Assembly: GCA_049320885.1 (NCBI GenBank) | Contig: JBMORA010000034.1 | Coordinates: 32,001-96,000, forward strand | Direction: 5' to 3' | DNA length: 64,000 nt | Origin: Thermodesulfobacteriota bacterium | GTDB taxonomy: Bacteria; Desulfobacterota; Desulfobacteria; Desulfobacterales; SURF-7 | Shown here: piece by piece, positions 31,059 through 40,261 of the stretch | How the letters are laid out: the number at the start of each line of letters is the position of its first letter | How positions within the stretch are numbered: position 1 is the stretch's first letter | The notes under the pieces: generated by a model | The model's database searches: none | Told to the model about the DNA's origin: nothing | Seen by the model: only the letters and a program-made list of their open reading frames with translations | Made by a program: the position numbers and the translations under genes

Positions 31059-31086
31059 TTATCGTCCCGGGACCGGGAAAACTTGA
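31059..31086 (-). promoter_or_regulatory. Sigma28 (FliA) promoter
   Basis: TCAAG-N15-GACGATAA directly upstream of the RBS. Confidence 0.7.
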
Positions 31087-31097
31087 GGAAAAAATAT

Positions 31098-31126
31098 TTG
31101 ACAATTGGGATGAAACCCATTATCAC
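31098..31126 (+). promoter_or_regulatory. Sigma70 promoter of the thioesterase operon
   Basis: TTGACA-N17-TATCAC. Confidence 0.6.
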
Positions 31127-31190
31127 CATTTACAATTACCATTTATTCAATGAAATCAATATTAAAAATAAAAGAAAGCCCCCTCGGCCC

Positions 31191-31694
31191 ATGCAAGGAA
31201 GACCTGTTCGCGCCAGCAAAATCACGTTCACCCAGTTAATGACGGCCCAGGATGCCAACCTTGCCGGCAATGTCCACGGCGGTGTGGTCATGAAACACAT
31301 CGATAACGCCGCCGGTGTCGTTGCCGCGCGCCACGCCCAATCCAACGTGGTGACCGCCAGCATCGACCGGCTGGATTTCCATAATCCGGCTTTCATCGGC
31401 AACCTGCTCCTGGTTCAAGCCAGTCTGAACATGGTGGGACGGTCCTCCATGGAAATCGGCGTCCGGGTGGAAAGCGAGGACATGTTCACCGGACGGAGAC
31501 GTCATACCGCCTCCGCCTATCTGACCTTTGTAGCCCTGGACGAGCAGTTCAAACCCAAGGAAGTCCCCCCCCTGATTCTGGAAACGGATGACGAGAAACG
31601 ACGCAACCGCGAAGCCCTGGCCAGACGGAATGTGCGCCTTGTGGAAAAACGCAAGGAAAAGGCCTGCCAGCGAGACAATGTGGCTTGCGATTAA
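31191..31694 (+). CDS. Acyl-CoA thioesterase (hotdog fold)
   Basis: DANLAGNVHGG, VVTASID, GRSSMEIGV, AYLTFVALD. Confidence 0.92.
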   Translation: MQGRPVRASKITFTQLMTAQDANLAGNVHGGVVMKHIDNAAGVVAARHAQSNVVTASIDRLDFHNPAFIGNLLLVQASLNMVGRSSMEIGVRVESEDMFTGRRRHTASAYLTFVALDEQFKPKEVPPLILETDDEKRRNREALARRNVRLVEKRKEKACQRDNVACD

Positions 31695-31712
31695 CAGCAG
31701 CGGAAGGTGCCA

Positions 31713-32624
31713 ATGAAGATTCTGATCACCGGCGGCAGCGGATTCATCGGAACGGCTCTGAGCCGTTTTTTAGGTAAAAAAGGCCACCAGATCATCGCCC
31801 TTGGCACAACCCCGCCCCCGGATGTTTCCGACCCATCACGGTTCCGGTTCATCGCGGCGGATACCTCCCGATCCGGCCCCTGGCAACGGGAATTAAGTGG
31901 TGTGGACGCGGTGATCAATCTTACCGGCAGGACCATTTTCAAACGCTGGACGGAGGCTTATAAGCAACAAATTTATGACAGCCGCATCCGCACCACCGCC
32001 AATATCGTGGAGGCCCTGCCGGATTCAAAAGGACTGGTGCTGGTGAGCGCCTCCGCGGCCGGGTTTTACGGCAACCGCGGAGACGCTGTTTTGACGGAGA
32101 CGGAACCGGGGGGCGACGATTTTTTGGCGGTGGTCTGCCGGGACTGGGAAAAAGCGGCGGGACTGGCGGAGTCAAAAGGCGCCCGGGTGGTGACCGCCCG
32201 GTTCGGTGTGGTGCTGGGAAAAAGCGGGGGCGCCCTGGCCCAGATGATCCCGGCCTATCGGTTCTTCGTGGGCGGTCCCATCGGCAACGGCGGGCAATGG
32301 TTCCCCTGGATCCACATGGACGACCTTCTGAACGCCATGGATTTTATCTTTCAAAACGAACAGATCACCGGCCCGGTGAATTTCTGCGGCGAACACCCGG
32401 CCCGCAACCTCGATCTGGCAAAAGCCCTGGGAAAAGCCCTGGGCCGCCCCAGCTTCATGAAGGTGCCGGCTTTCATGATCCGGTTGCTCATGGGAGAACT
32501 GGGCAACGCCGTCCTCTTCAGCCAGCGGACCCGGCCCAAGGTCCTTCTGGATAACGGTTTTCATTTCACCTATCCGGACATCCAATCCGCCCTGAACCAG
32601 ATCATCGGAGCGAGGGGGGATTGA
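31713..32624 (+). CDS. NAD-dependent epimerase-like oxidoreductase (YfcH/TIGR01777-like)
   Basis: ITGGSGFIG, RWT...IYDSR, GFYG, CRDWE, RFGVVL, GGQWFPWIH. Confidence 0.9.
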   Translation: MKILITGGSGFIGTALSRFLGKKGHQIIALGTTPPPDVSDPSRFRFIAADTSRSGPWQRELSGVDAVINLTGRTIFKRWTEAYKQQIYDSRIRTTANIVEALPDSKGLVLVSASAAGFYGNRGDAVLTETEPGGDDFLAVVCRDWEKAAGLAESKGARVVTARFGVVLGKSGGALAQMIPAYRFFVGGPIGNGGQWFPWIHMDDLLNAMDFIFQNEQITGPVNFCGEHPARNLDLAKALGKALGRPSFMKVPAFMIRLLMGELGNAVLFSQRTRPKVLLDNGFHFTYPDIQSALNQIIGARGD

Positions 32625-32763
32625 TCCAGCCCCCGGTAATCCTTACCCACCACCCTGCAACTTTTTCCCGATCGACCGGGTGGCCCATTTGCCGGGTGAC
32701 GGTCACTCCGTGGTATGTTTCGCTGGTTGACCCGCCTAGACTATAATATCGCTGCCATCCGCC

Positions 32764-32795
32764 ATTGGTAATTCGTAATTCGCAATTCGTAATTG
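32764..32795. repeat. Heptamer tandem array 3
   Basis: ATTGGTA ATTCGTA ATTCGCA ATTCGTA ATTG. Confidence 0.88.
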
Positions 32796-32801
32796 TTTCT
32801 C

Positions 32802-32816
32802 TGGCATATGTTTTGC
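32802..32816 (+). promoter_or_regulatory. Sigma54 promoter of the glycosylation operon
   Basis: TGGCATATGTTTTGC = GG-N10-GC. Confidence 0.7.
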
Positions 32817-32841
32817 GAGTAAAGTTAATCAAAAAGTTATA

Positions 32842-32869
32842 TCAAGGTTTCCGTTCCTTCGGCCGATAT
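32842..32869 (+). promoter_or_regulatory. Sigma28 promoter of the glycosylation operon
   Basis: TCAAG-N15-GCCGATAT. Confidence 0.75.
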
Positions 32870-32956
32870 AGAGAACAAACAGCCTGCAGGCAGCCACATT
32901 CGATGTTTGACGCTTTGTTGAAACCATCGGCAACTTCCTACAATAAGGTGAAGAAG

Positions 32957-34210
32957 ATGTATCGCATTCAAGAAATCGGCAGTAAGGTTGACGTACCCGT
33001 TTCCACCATCCGGTACTGGCAGAAGGAATTCACGGAATTCATCAGTCCGGCCAAAACCAATGGCGGTCAAAAAAGGTATTCCGATGAAGATCTGGCCGTG
33101 CTGTCCAAAATCAAGGAAATGCTGCATGTCCAGAAAAAAAGCGTAGCTGAAGTCCGCAGATTGCTGAAAAAGGGGTATTCGGACTCACCCGATGTCGACT
33201 GGAGCAGCCAGAGTATCCTGATCACCGGCGGCACCGGCTCCTTCGGCAAGCATTTCTGCAAAATCATGACGGAAAAATACCATCCCAAGGTGATCCGGGT
33301 ATACAGCCGCGATGAACTGAAACAGCATGAAATGCGTCAGCAGTTCGGGGAAAAGAAACTGCGCTATTTCATCGGCGACGTGCGCGACGGCGACCGCTTG
33401 CGCCGGGCCATGGAAGGGGTCGATTTCGTAATTCATGCGGCAGCCCTGAAACAGGTCCCGGCCTGTGAATACAACCCCTTCGAGGCTATCAAAACCAATG
33501 TCCACGGGGCCCAGAACGTCATCGATGCAGCCATTGACACCGGCGTGAAAAAGGTGATCGCCCTGTCCACCGACAAGGCGGTGAACCCGGTGAACCTTTA
33601 CGGCGCCACCAAGCTCTGCTCGGACAAACTGTTTGTTCAGGGCAACGCCTACGCCGGCAACAAGGGAACCCGGTTCGCCTGCGTCCGGTACGGCAATGTC
33701 ATCGGCAGCCGCGGCAGCGTCATCCCGGTTTTCCTGAAACAGCGCCAAACCGGCACCATCACCATCACCGATCCCCGCATGACCCGCTTCTGGATCACCC
33801 TGGATCAGGCCGTTGAGCTGGTGCTGAAGGGTTTTCACCATATGCAGGGGGGCGAGATTTTCATTCCCAAAATTCCCAGCATGCGCATCATGGACCTGGC
33901 CCAGGCCATTGCCCCGGAATGCCGGATCGATTACATCGGCATCCGACCCGGCGAAAAACTCCATGAAGCCTTGACCGGAGAGGATGAAGGCCGCAACACC
34001 CTGTTTTATGACGGGATGTATATCACCATTCCGAGTCATTCCTGGTGGGAGCGCCAGAATTATGTTGAGGCCCGGGCCATGCCGGACGATTTCGTCTATA
34101 CGAGCGACCGCAACAGCGACTGGATGGGCGTTGAGCAATTGCGGCAGATCGTTTTCGGCGCGGAAACGCAACAAACCAAATCGGTTCGCCAATTGGCGCA
34201 TGCCGGCTGA
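32957..34210 (+). CDS. pseB: UDP-GlcNAc 4,6-dehydratase (inverting) with an N-terminal MerR-type HTH
   Basis: TIRYWQKEF..GGQKRYS HTH in frame with TGGTGSFG, SRDELKQ, HAAALKQVP, STDKA, YGATK, RYGNV, GIRPGEKLHE. Confidence 0.92.
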   Translation: MYRIQEIGSKVDVPVSTIRYWQKEFTEFISPAKTNGGQKRYSDEDLAVLSKIKEMLHVQKKSVAEVRRLLKKGYSDSPDVDWSSQSILITGGTGSFGKHFCKIMTEKYHPKVIRVYSRDELKQHEMRQQFGEKKLRYFIGDVRDGDRLRRAMEGVDFVIHAAALKQVPACEYNPFEAIKTNVHGAQNVIDAAIDTGVKKVIALSTDKAVNPVNLYGATKLCSDKLFVQGNAYAGNKGTRFACVRYGNVIGSRGSVIPVFLKQRQTGTITITDPRMTRFWITLDQAVELVLKGFHHMQGGEIFIPKIPSMRIMDLAQAIAPECRIDYIGIRPGEKLHEALTGEDEGRNTLFYDGMYITIPSHSWWERQNYVEARAMPDDFVYTSDRNSDWMGVEQLRQIVFGAETQQTKSVRQLAHAG

Positions 34211-34229
34211 CAAAGAAGGATGCAGAAAG

Positions 34230-34859
34230 ATGCTATCTTACAAGACGGATCAAGAAGAATTCTGGACCGGCAGTTTCGGCAATTCCTATGTGAACCGCAA
34301 CTCGGATATGGCCATTGCCGATGCCTATGAAGCCTTGTACCGAAAGATATTCGCCCGGATTGATCCCTTCGGCTCGCTGCTGGAGCTGGGCGCCAACGTG
34401 GGCATGAACATCCGAAGCCTGCGCAGGATCTACCCGGATGCAAGCTTTTCCTGTGTGGAAATCAATGCAAAAGCCGTGGAAAAACTGCGCCTCATCCCGG
34501 ATCTGGAGATATACCACCAGTCGATCCTCGACTTTACCCCCTCCCGGCGCTGGGAAATGGTGCTGATCAAAACCGTGCTGATTCATATCAATCCGGAATT
34601 CCTGAATGTCGTCTACGATGTGCTTTACCGGTCCAGCAGCCGTTACATCTGCCTGGCGGAATACTACAACACCACACCGGTGGAGGTTCCCTACCGGGGC
34701 CATTCCGAAAAGCTTTTCAAACGGGATTTCGCCGGTGAAATGCTCGATCGCCACCCGGATCTCCGGCTGCTGGATTACGGCTTTATTTACACCCGTGATA
34801 CGGCCGTGCCCATCCGTGACGACCTCACCTGGTTCATCATGGAAAAAAGAGGCGCCTGA
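34230..34859 (+). CDS. Pseudaminic acid biosynthesis-associated SAM methyltransferase
   Basis: QEEFWTGSFG, ELGANVG, VLIHINP, EYYN, YRGH, LFKRDF. Confidence 0.85.
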   Translation: MLSYKTDQEEFWTGSFGNSYVNRNSDMAIADAYEALYRKIFARIDPFGSLLELGANVGMNIRSLRRIYPDASFSCVEINAKAVEKLRLIPDLEIYHQSILDFTPSRRWEMVLIKTVLIHINPEFLNVVYDVLYRSSSRYICLAEYYNTTPVEVPYRGHSEKLFKRDFAGEMLDRHPDLRLLDYGFIYTRDTAVPIRDDLTWFIMEKRGA

Positions 34860-34864
34860 AAACC

Positions 34865-35737
34865 ATGGACGTGGTGCTTGTGGGAGGAACCGGTCTGCTG
34901 GGGAAAAGTCTGGCGGCCCACTTCACGGAATCGGGGGATACGGTGCATACCATCGCCAGAAGGAACGCAGACATCCGTCTGGATGTACGCAATCTGGCGG
35001 CGCTCCGCGACGCGACCAATGGACTCTCGCCGGATGTCGTCATCAACGCAGCCGCCGTGGTCGATCTGTCGGCCTGCGAAAAAGACCCCGGATTTGCTTA
35101 TGCCGTCAATGCAAGACCAGTTTCCGCACTGGCGGAATTGTCCATGGAACGGGGGTGGCCGCTTGTCCACATATCGACGGATCATTTTTTCACGGGAGAC
35201 GGCGACAAATGTCATGATGAACGGGCGGCCGTCCGGTTGATGAATGAATATGCGCGGACGAAATACGCCGCGGAGGCCTATGCGTTGACCGCTGAAAAAT
35301 CCATGGTGGTGCGCACCAATATCGTCGGTTTTCGGGATGGCGAAGGAGCGCCGACCTTCATGGACTGGCTGGTGGACTCCCTGCGGCGCAAAACGGCCAT
35401 AACCCTTTTCGATGATTATTACACCTCGAGCATCGATACGGTCATGTTCGCTGTGCTGTTGCGCCGGCTGATTCAATCGGGGACGACCGGCATCATCAAT
35501 CTGGGGGCAAGGCAGCCCGCAAGCAAACTGGAATTTGCCAAACAGGTGACCATGAAAATGAACCTCGACCTGTCCGCGGTCAAAACCGGCAGTATCCGTT
35601 CAATGACCAATCCGCAACGCGCCGAGAGCCTTGGGCTGGACTGCCGCAGGGCTGAAAAAATCCTGGGCGCTCCCATGCCGGATCTGGATGAAATCGCGGA
35701 AAACCTGGCCCGGCAATACAAGGAGAAACCCCGATGA
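34865..35737 (+). CDS. RmlD-like NDP-sugar reductase
   Basis: GGTGLLG, NAAA, HISTDHFF, YARTK. Confidence 0.85.
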   Translation: MDVVLVGGTGLLGKSLAAHFTESGDTVHTIARRNADIRLDVRNLAALRDATNGLSPDVVINAAAVVDLSACEKDPGFAYAVNARPVSALAELSMERGWPLVHISTDHFFTGDGDKCHDERAAVRLMNEYARTKYAAEAYALTAEKSMVVRTNIVGFRDGEGAPTFMDWLVDSLRRKTAITLFDDYYTSSIDTVMFAVLLRRLIQSGTTGIINLGARQPASKLEFAKQVTMKMNLDLSAVKTGSIRSMTNPQRAESLGLDCRRAEKILGAPMPDLDEIAENLARQYKEKPR

Positions 35738-36825
35738 GACCTTTCCGGAAAAAAATCATGATCAACGAACGCGCCGTCGGTCCCGGCGAGCCGGTGTATT
35801 TTGTGGCCGATATCGCCTCGAACCACGACGGCGACCTGGAACGAGCCAAGGAGTTGATCCACAAGGCCAGGCTGGCGGGCGCCGATGCGGTTAAGTTCCA
35901 GCATTTCATTGCGGAAAAAATCGTCAGCGATTACGGCTTCCGTTCGCTGGGACGGCAGGTCGGCCACCAGTCCGCCTGGACCAAACCGGTGTTCGATATC
36001 TATCGTCAGTACGAATGCAACCGGTCGTGGAGCGGGGAGCTTTCGGCCGCCGCCAAAGCCGAAGGAATACATTTTTTCACCACGCCCTATGACATGGATG
36101 CCTTGCATCTGCTCGATCCGCTTGTGCCCGCATGGAAAATCGGTTCGGGAGACATCACCTGGACCGATTTCATTCATCAGGTCGCCTCCCTCGGAAAACC
36201 GGTAATGATCGCTGCGGGGGCTTCCGATCTGGAGGATGTCCGTCGAGCGGTGACAACCGCGGCATCTGTCAACGATCAACTGGTCCTGCTCCAATGCAAT
36301 ACCAATTACACAGGCTCCCTGGATAATTTCAGGCATGTCAATCTGCGGGTCCTGCGTTTGTTCGCCGATGAATTTCCGGATATCATCCTCGGCCTGAGCG
36401 ACCATACCCCGGGACACAGCGCCGTCCTCGGCGCCGTGACACTGGGAGCATCGGTGATTGAAAAACATTTCACGGACGATAATTCCCGCAGCGGCCCCGA
36501 TCATGGTTTCGCCATGAATCCGAAAAGCTGGCGGGAAATGGTCGATCGGACACTTGAGACCGCAGCGGCCCTGGGTGACGGGATCAAGCGGATTGAGGCC
36601 AATGAAATTGATACGGTTATCGTGCAAAGACGCTGCCTGCGTTATCGGCGCTCACTGGCGGCCGGTACGCGCATCAACCGCAATGACATCGAAGCTCTGC
36701 GGCCGGCGCCGGAAGGCTCCATCGAACCCTGGCGACTGGAAAAGATCCTTGAGCGGCGTCTTGACCGGCAAGTCGAAGCCGGTGAAGCGGTAAAATGGGA
36801 AGACCTGGAAGGTGAAACATGTTGA
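35734..36825 (+). CDS. N-acetylneuraminate/pseudaminate synthase family (NeuB/PseI) with SAF domain
   Basis: ASNHDGD, ADAVKFQ, KIGSGD, GLSDHT, IEKHFT, GPDH. Confidence 0.92.
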   Translation: MRPFRKKIMINERAVGPGEPVYFVADIASNHDGDLERAKELIHKARLAGADAVKFQHFIAEKIVSDYGFRSLGRQVGHQSAWTKPVFDIYRQYECNRSWSGELSAAAKAEGIHFFTTPYDMDALHLLDPLVPAWKIGSGDITWTDFIHQVASLGKPVMIAAGASDLEDVRRAVTTAASVNDQLVLLQCNTNYTGSLDNFRHVNLRVLRLFADEFPDIILGLSDHTPGHSAVLGAVTLGASVIEKHFTDDNSRSGPDHGFAMNPKSWREMVDRTLETAAALGDGIKRIEANEIDTVIVQRRCLRYRRSLAAGTRINRNDIEALRPAPEGSIEPWRLEKILERRLDRQVEAGEAVKWEDLEGETC

Positions 36826-37385
36826 AAGGGGCTTGCACGGGATTGCGGGCCGTGGAAAAAAGCGACCTGGAACAACTTCTGCGCTGGAGAAACCAACCGG
36901 AATTCAGAAAATTTTTTCGGGAATACCGAGAACTGAACATGACCCAGCAGCATATCTGGTATGAGACCAGCTGCCTGAAAGACGACCATACGATCATGTT
37001 TTCCATCGTGGAGCTGCCGACCATGCGCCTGCTGGGAGCCGCCGGTCTTTGCCGCATCAACTGGATCGACCGGAACGCGGATTTCTCCATCTATATCGGA
37101 GCCGATGGCGTCTACATCGACTCGCGTTTCGCTCCCGATGCGGGAAGAACATTGATCCGGTACGCTTTTGAAGAGCTTTGCCTGCACCGCCTGTGGGCCG
37201 AGATCTATTCCATCGACGACGCAAAACAGATCCTGCTCCCGTCCCTGGGATTTTCCATGGAAGGGCGCCACCGCGGCACCCACTGGACGGAAGGCAGGTG
37301 GGTCGATTCCCTTTTTTTCAGCCTTCTGGAAGACGATTACCACCGAACAAACGACACCCAACAGGCAACCAGTGATAAAGGATAA
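36819..37385 (+). CDS. GNAT N-acetyltransferase (RimJ/L type, PseH-like)
   Basis: LRAVEKSDL..WRN, INWIDRNAD, YAFEEL.LHRL, GF..EG. Confidence 0.8.
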   Translation: MLKGACTGLRAVEKSDLEQLLRWRNQPEFRKFFREYRELNMTQQHIWYETSCLKDDHTIMFSIVELPTMRLLGAAGLCRINWIDRNADFSIYIGADGVYIDSRFAPDAGRTLIRYAFEELCLHRLWAEIYSIDDAKQILLPSLGFSMEGRHRGTHWTEGRWVDSLFFSLLEDDYHRTNDTQQATSDKG

Positions 37386-37388
37386 AAC

Positions 37389-38093
37389 ATGCAACCATCC
37401 GCACTCGCCATCATTCCCGCCCGGGGCGGCAGCAAACGCATCCCCCGGAAAAACATCAAACCCTTCGCCGGAGAGCCCATCATCCGGTATTCCATCCGGG
37501 CGGCCCTCATGAGCGGTTGTTTTTCCGAAGTAATGGTTTCCACGGAAGACAAAGAGATTGCCGATGTGGCCTCCCGCTGCGGGGCGACGATTCCGTTTCG
37601 ACGCTCGGAAAAAACCGCGGACGATCAGGCCATGCTCGCCGATGTCATCGAGGAAGTGGTCCTGGAGTATCAAAAACGCGGGCGCAGGTTCGACCTGTTC
37701 TGCTGCATCCTGCCGACCGCTCCGTTCATTTCAGGGGATCGCATCAAAGAGGCTTACGATCTGCTGGTCCGGAACGACGTCGACTCGGTTTTTCCGGTGA
37801 CCCGTTTCAGCTACCCGATCCAAAGAGCCCTCCGGATCGAAAACGGCCTGATGAAAATGTTCTGGCCCGAAAATTACAACGTCCGGTCGCAGGATCTGGA
37901 ACCCGCCTTCCATGACAGCGGGCAGTTCTACTGGATGAAGACGGCAAGCCTGCTGCGGCAGAAACAATTGTTCGCCGAAAAGTCCATCGGCCTTGAGTTG
38001 CCTGAATCCGAAGTCCAGGACATCGATAACGAGGAAGATTGGAAAGTCGCGGAGATGAAATACACGCTTCTCCAAACCGTGCAAGGAACGTAA
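37389..38093 (+). CDS. pseF: Pseudaminic acid cytidylyltransferase
   Basis: IIPARGGSKRIPRKNIK, YPIQRA, RSQDL, HDSGQFYW, VQDIDNEEDW. Confidence 0.88.
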   Translation: MQPSALAIIPARGGSKRIPRKNIKPFAGEPIIRYSIRAALMSGCFSEVMVSTEDKEIADVASRCGATIPFRRSEKTADDQAMLADVIEEVVLEYQKRGRRFDLFCCILPTAPFISGDRIKEAYDLLVRNDVDSVFPVTRFSYPIQRALRIENGLMKMFWPENYNVRSQDLEPAFHDSGQFYWMKTASLLRQKQLFAEKSIGLELPESEVQDIDNEEDWKVAEMKYTLLQTVQGT

Positions 38094-38100
38094 TCGGACG

Positions 38101-39093
38101 ATGAACGGATACCGCGCCCTGATCATCGGCGCCGGCAAAATCGGCGCCTTTTACGACACCCCCGATTTTTCCGAGGTGCTTTCGCATGCGCACGCCTACA
38201 CCGCATCGGCGGATTTCCGGCTGGCCGGATTCGTCGATAGCCGGGTCGAATCCGCCGAGCGAGCCGCCGGCATCTGGGGAGGACGCGCCTACACGAACCT
38301 AGCCGAGGCTTTCCGGGCCGAAAAACCGGACGTCATCTCCGTCTGCGTTCCCGATGATTGTCACGAACCGATTCTGCGGCAAATATCGGAACTGGGGCCT
38401 CGTCTGGTTTTTGCCGAAAAACCCCTCGCCGCGGATTCAGCCAGTGCCTGGGCCATCGCCAGGCTTTACCAGGAAAAAGGGATCCCGCTGGCGGTAAACT
38501 ATTCCCGTGGATATCTGCCGAAATTGAGACACCTTGCAAATGCCATTCATTCCGGTTCCCATGGACGGTTTGTCAATGGCGTCGGTTTGTACGGCAAGGG
38601 CCTGATGCACAACGGTTCCCATATGATCGATCTCCTGCTTCGACTCCTCGGTCCGTTATCGTCCGCCATCCGGACAGGCGCGTTGACGGACTGGTCGGAC
38701 CAGGATCCATCCATATCCGCCTCGATCCGCATGCGGAACGGCGGAACCGTTTTTCTGCAGGCAGTCGACAGCCGCATCGTCACGATTTTCGAACTGGATC
38801 TGATCTTCGAGCGCGCCAGGATTCGGCTTGTCGATTCATGCGCAGCCATCGAGGTATACCATGTACAAGAACACGAAAGTTATCGAGGGTATCCGGTATT
38901 CCGCTTATTCAATTCGGGAAGGATGGAGCTGATGAAAGCGCTTCCCCATGCCATCGATAACATCTGCGCGCATCTCGAGACCGGCGCACCGCTTTCCTGC
39001 TCCGGCCTGGATGCTTGCCGGGTCATCGCTGACTGTGAACTCGTCCGCAACGGAAAAGCGGCCATTTACACCAACGGATGCCTTGGGGCATGA
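38101..39093 (+). CDS. Gfo/Idh/MocA oxidoreductase
   Basis: IIGAGKIG, AEKP, VNYSR, HNGSH. Confidence 0.85.
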   Translation: MNGYRALIIGAGKIGAFYDTPDFSEVLSHAHAYTASADFRLAGFVDSRVESAERAAGIWGGRAYTNLAEAFRAEKPDVISVCVPDDCHEPILRQISELGPRLVFAEKPLAADSASAWAIARLYQEKGIPLAVNYSRGYLPKLRHLANAIHSGSHGRFVNGVGLYGKGLMHNGSHMIDLLLRLLGPLSSAIRTGALTDWSDQDPSISASIRMRNGGTVFLQAVDSRIVTIFELDLIFERARIRLVDSCAAIEVYHVQEHESYRGYPVFRLFNSGRMELMKALPHAIDNICAHLETGAPLSCSGLDACRVIADCELVRNGKAAIYTNGCLGA

Positions 39094-39103
39094 TGGGATT
39101 CCC

Positions 39104-40261
39104 ATGAATACGGATAACGGCGGCAATCTGCAAAAAACCTTACCAGGGAGATGGCTGTTTGCCGCCGGCGATGTGGGTGGTGCGCGGGCGCTTTTGCCCG
39201 TCATCCGGGAATGCGCGAATCAGGGGATACCGTTTGGCGTCCTGGCCCATGGACAGATTGCAAGTGAAACCGATACGGAATGGACCATGATCGATCCCCC
39301 GGAAAAATCAGACACGCCAAGGATGTCCGTCCTGCTGGACAACCTGAAGGCAGGCGCCTTTGTTTTCGCTTCCAGCGTGCATGACACCTTCGCGCTGACC
39401 ATGGCAAGGCAGGCGGCCGCTAAACATATCCCGCTGGTTCATGTTCTAGACAATTGGACGGCTTATCGGCATCGTCTGGAAAATGACGGCCTGCCGCTGC
39501 TGCATCCCGACGTCTACACCGCCATGGACAGCCTGGCCTTTGAAGAAGCCGTTGCGGAAGGTATCGACCCGGCGATTTTGAAAATCACCGGTCACCCGGC
39601 CCTGGCGGATCTGGGCCGGCAGCTCGAACAACAAAGTGACAAAAAACCGCCGGCGTCTTCCCGCCGGCAGATTGTGTTCGTTTCCGAACCGGTCGCGGCC
39701 GACCAGAGCGGGGATTCATCCTCTCCCTTTTTCCGGGGGTACACGGAAAGCCAGGTGCTTGATAGCTTTTGCCGCGCGCTGCAACCCCACGCCGGGGAAG
39801 TAACCGTGTCCATTCTGCCGCATCCCAGGGAAAATCCCGGTCGTCTGCATCGGACATGGGAGGAGGCCAAGGGTCTCCTGGAAGGAAAACTGACCGACGG
39901 GACGGACGGACGGGGTCATGTACTGCGGTCGGATGGAGTGGCCGGCATGGCGTCCCTGCTGCTCTATGAAGCCTGGCTGGCGGGGAAGCCGGTTATAAGC
40001 ATTCAGCCGGATCTCAGACGGCATGACCTGCGCATGTTGTCACGGCGAAAAGAAATTCATTTTGCCGACACCGATTCGAAAATAAACGCGACCGTGAACA
40101 ATTGGCTTTCCGATATTCGGAAACCCGTAAAACGAAGACCGCATCCGGACCTCGTACAGCATCGGGAATCAGCCGCGAAAATCTGTTCCCTGCTGAAAGA
40201 CATGACGGCGACCATGCCCGGCGCCGAACGCGAAAAAACTGACCAAGGGAGATTGACATGA
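39104..40261 (+). CDS. Hypothetical GT-B-like sugar-nucleotide enzyme
   Basis: DVGGA, LDNW, ITGHP, HPRE, GMASLLLYEA...GKP resemble GT-B/NeuC-like folds; operon context. Confidence 0.55.
   Translation: MNTDNGGNLQKTLPGRWLFAAGDVGGARALLPVIRECANQGIPFGVLAHGQIASETDTEWTMIDPPEKSDTPRMSVLLDNLKAGAFVFASSVHDTFALTMARQAAAKHIPLVHVLDNWTAYRHRLENDGLPLLHPDVYTAMDSLAFEEAVAEGIDPAILKITGHPALADLGRQLEQQSDKKPPASSRRQIVFVSEPVAADQSGDSSSPFFRGYTESQVLDSFCRALQPHAGEVTVSILPHPRENPGRLHRTWEEAKGLLEGKLTDGTDGRGHVLRSDGVAGMASLLLYEAWLAGKPVISIQPDLRRHDLRMLSRRKEIHFADTDSKINATVNNWLSDIRKPVKRRPHPDLVQHRESAAKICSLLKDMTATMPGAEREKTDQGRLT

Noticed and set aside
30477..31190. Long N-terminal extension of the thioesterase ORF
   Set aside because: Overlaps the SprA-related gene on the other strand and spans promoter motifs; the hotdog domain begins at ATG 31191.
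32765..32956. N-terminal extension of MerR-PseB from 32765
   Set aside because: Runs through the heptamer array and both promoters; the start is more plausibly 32957.
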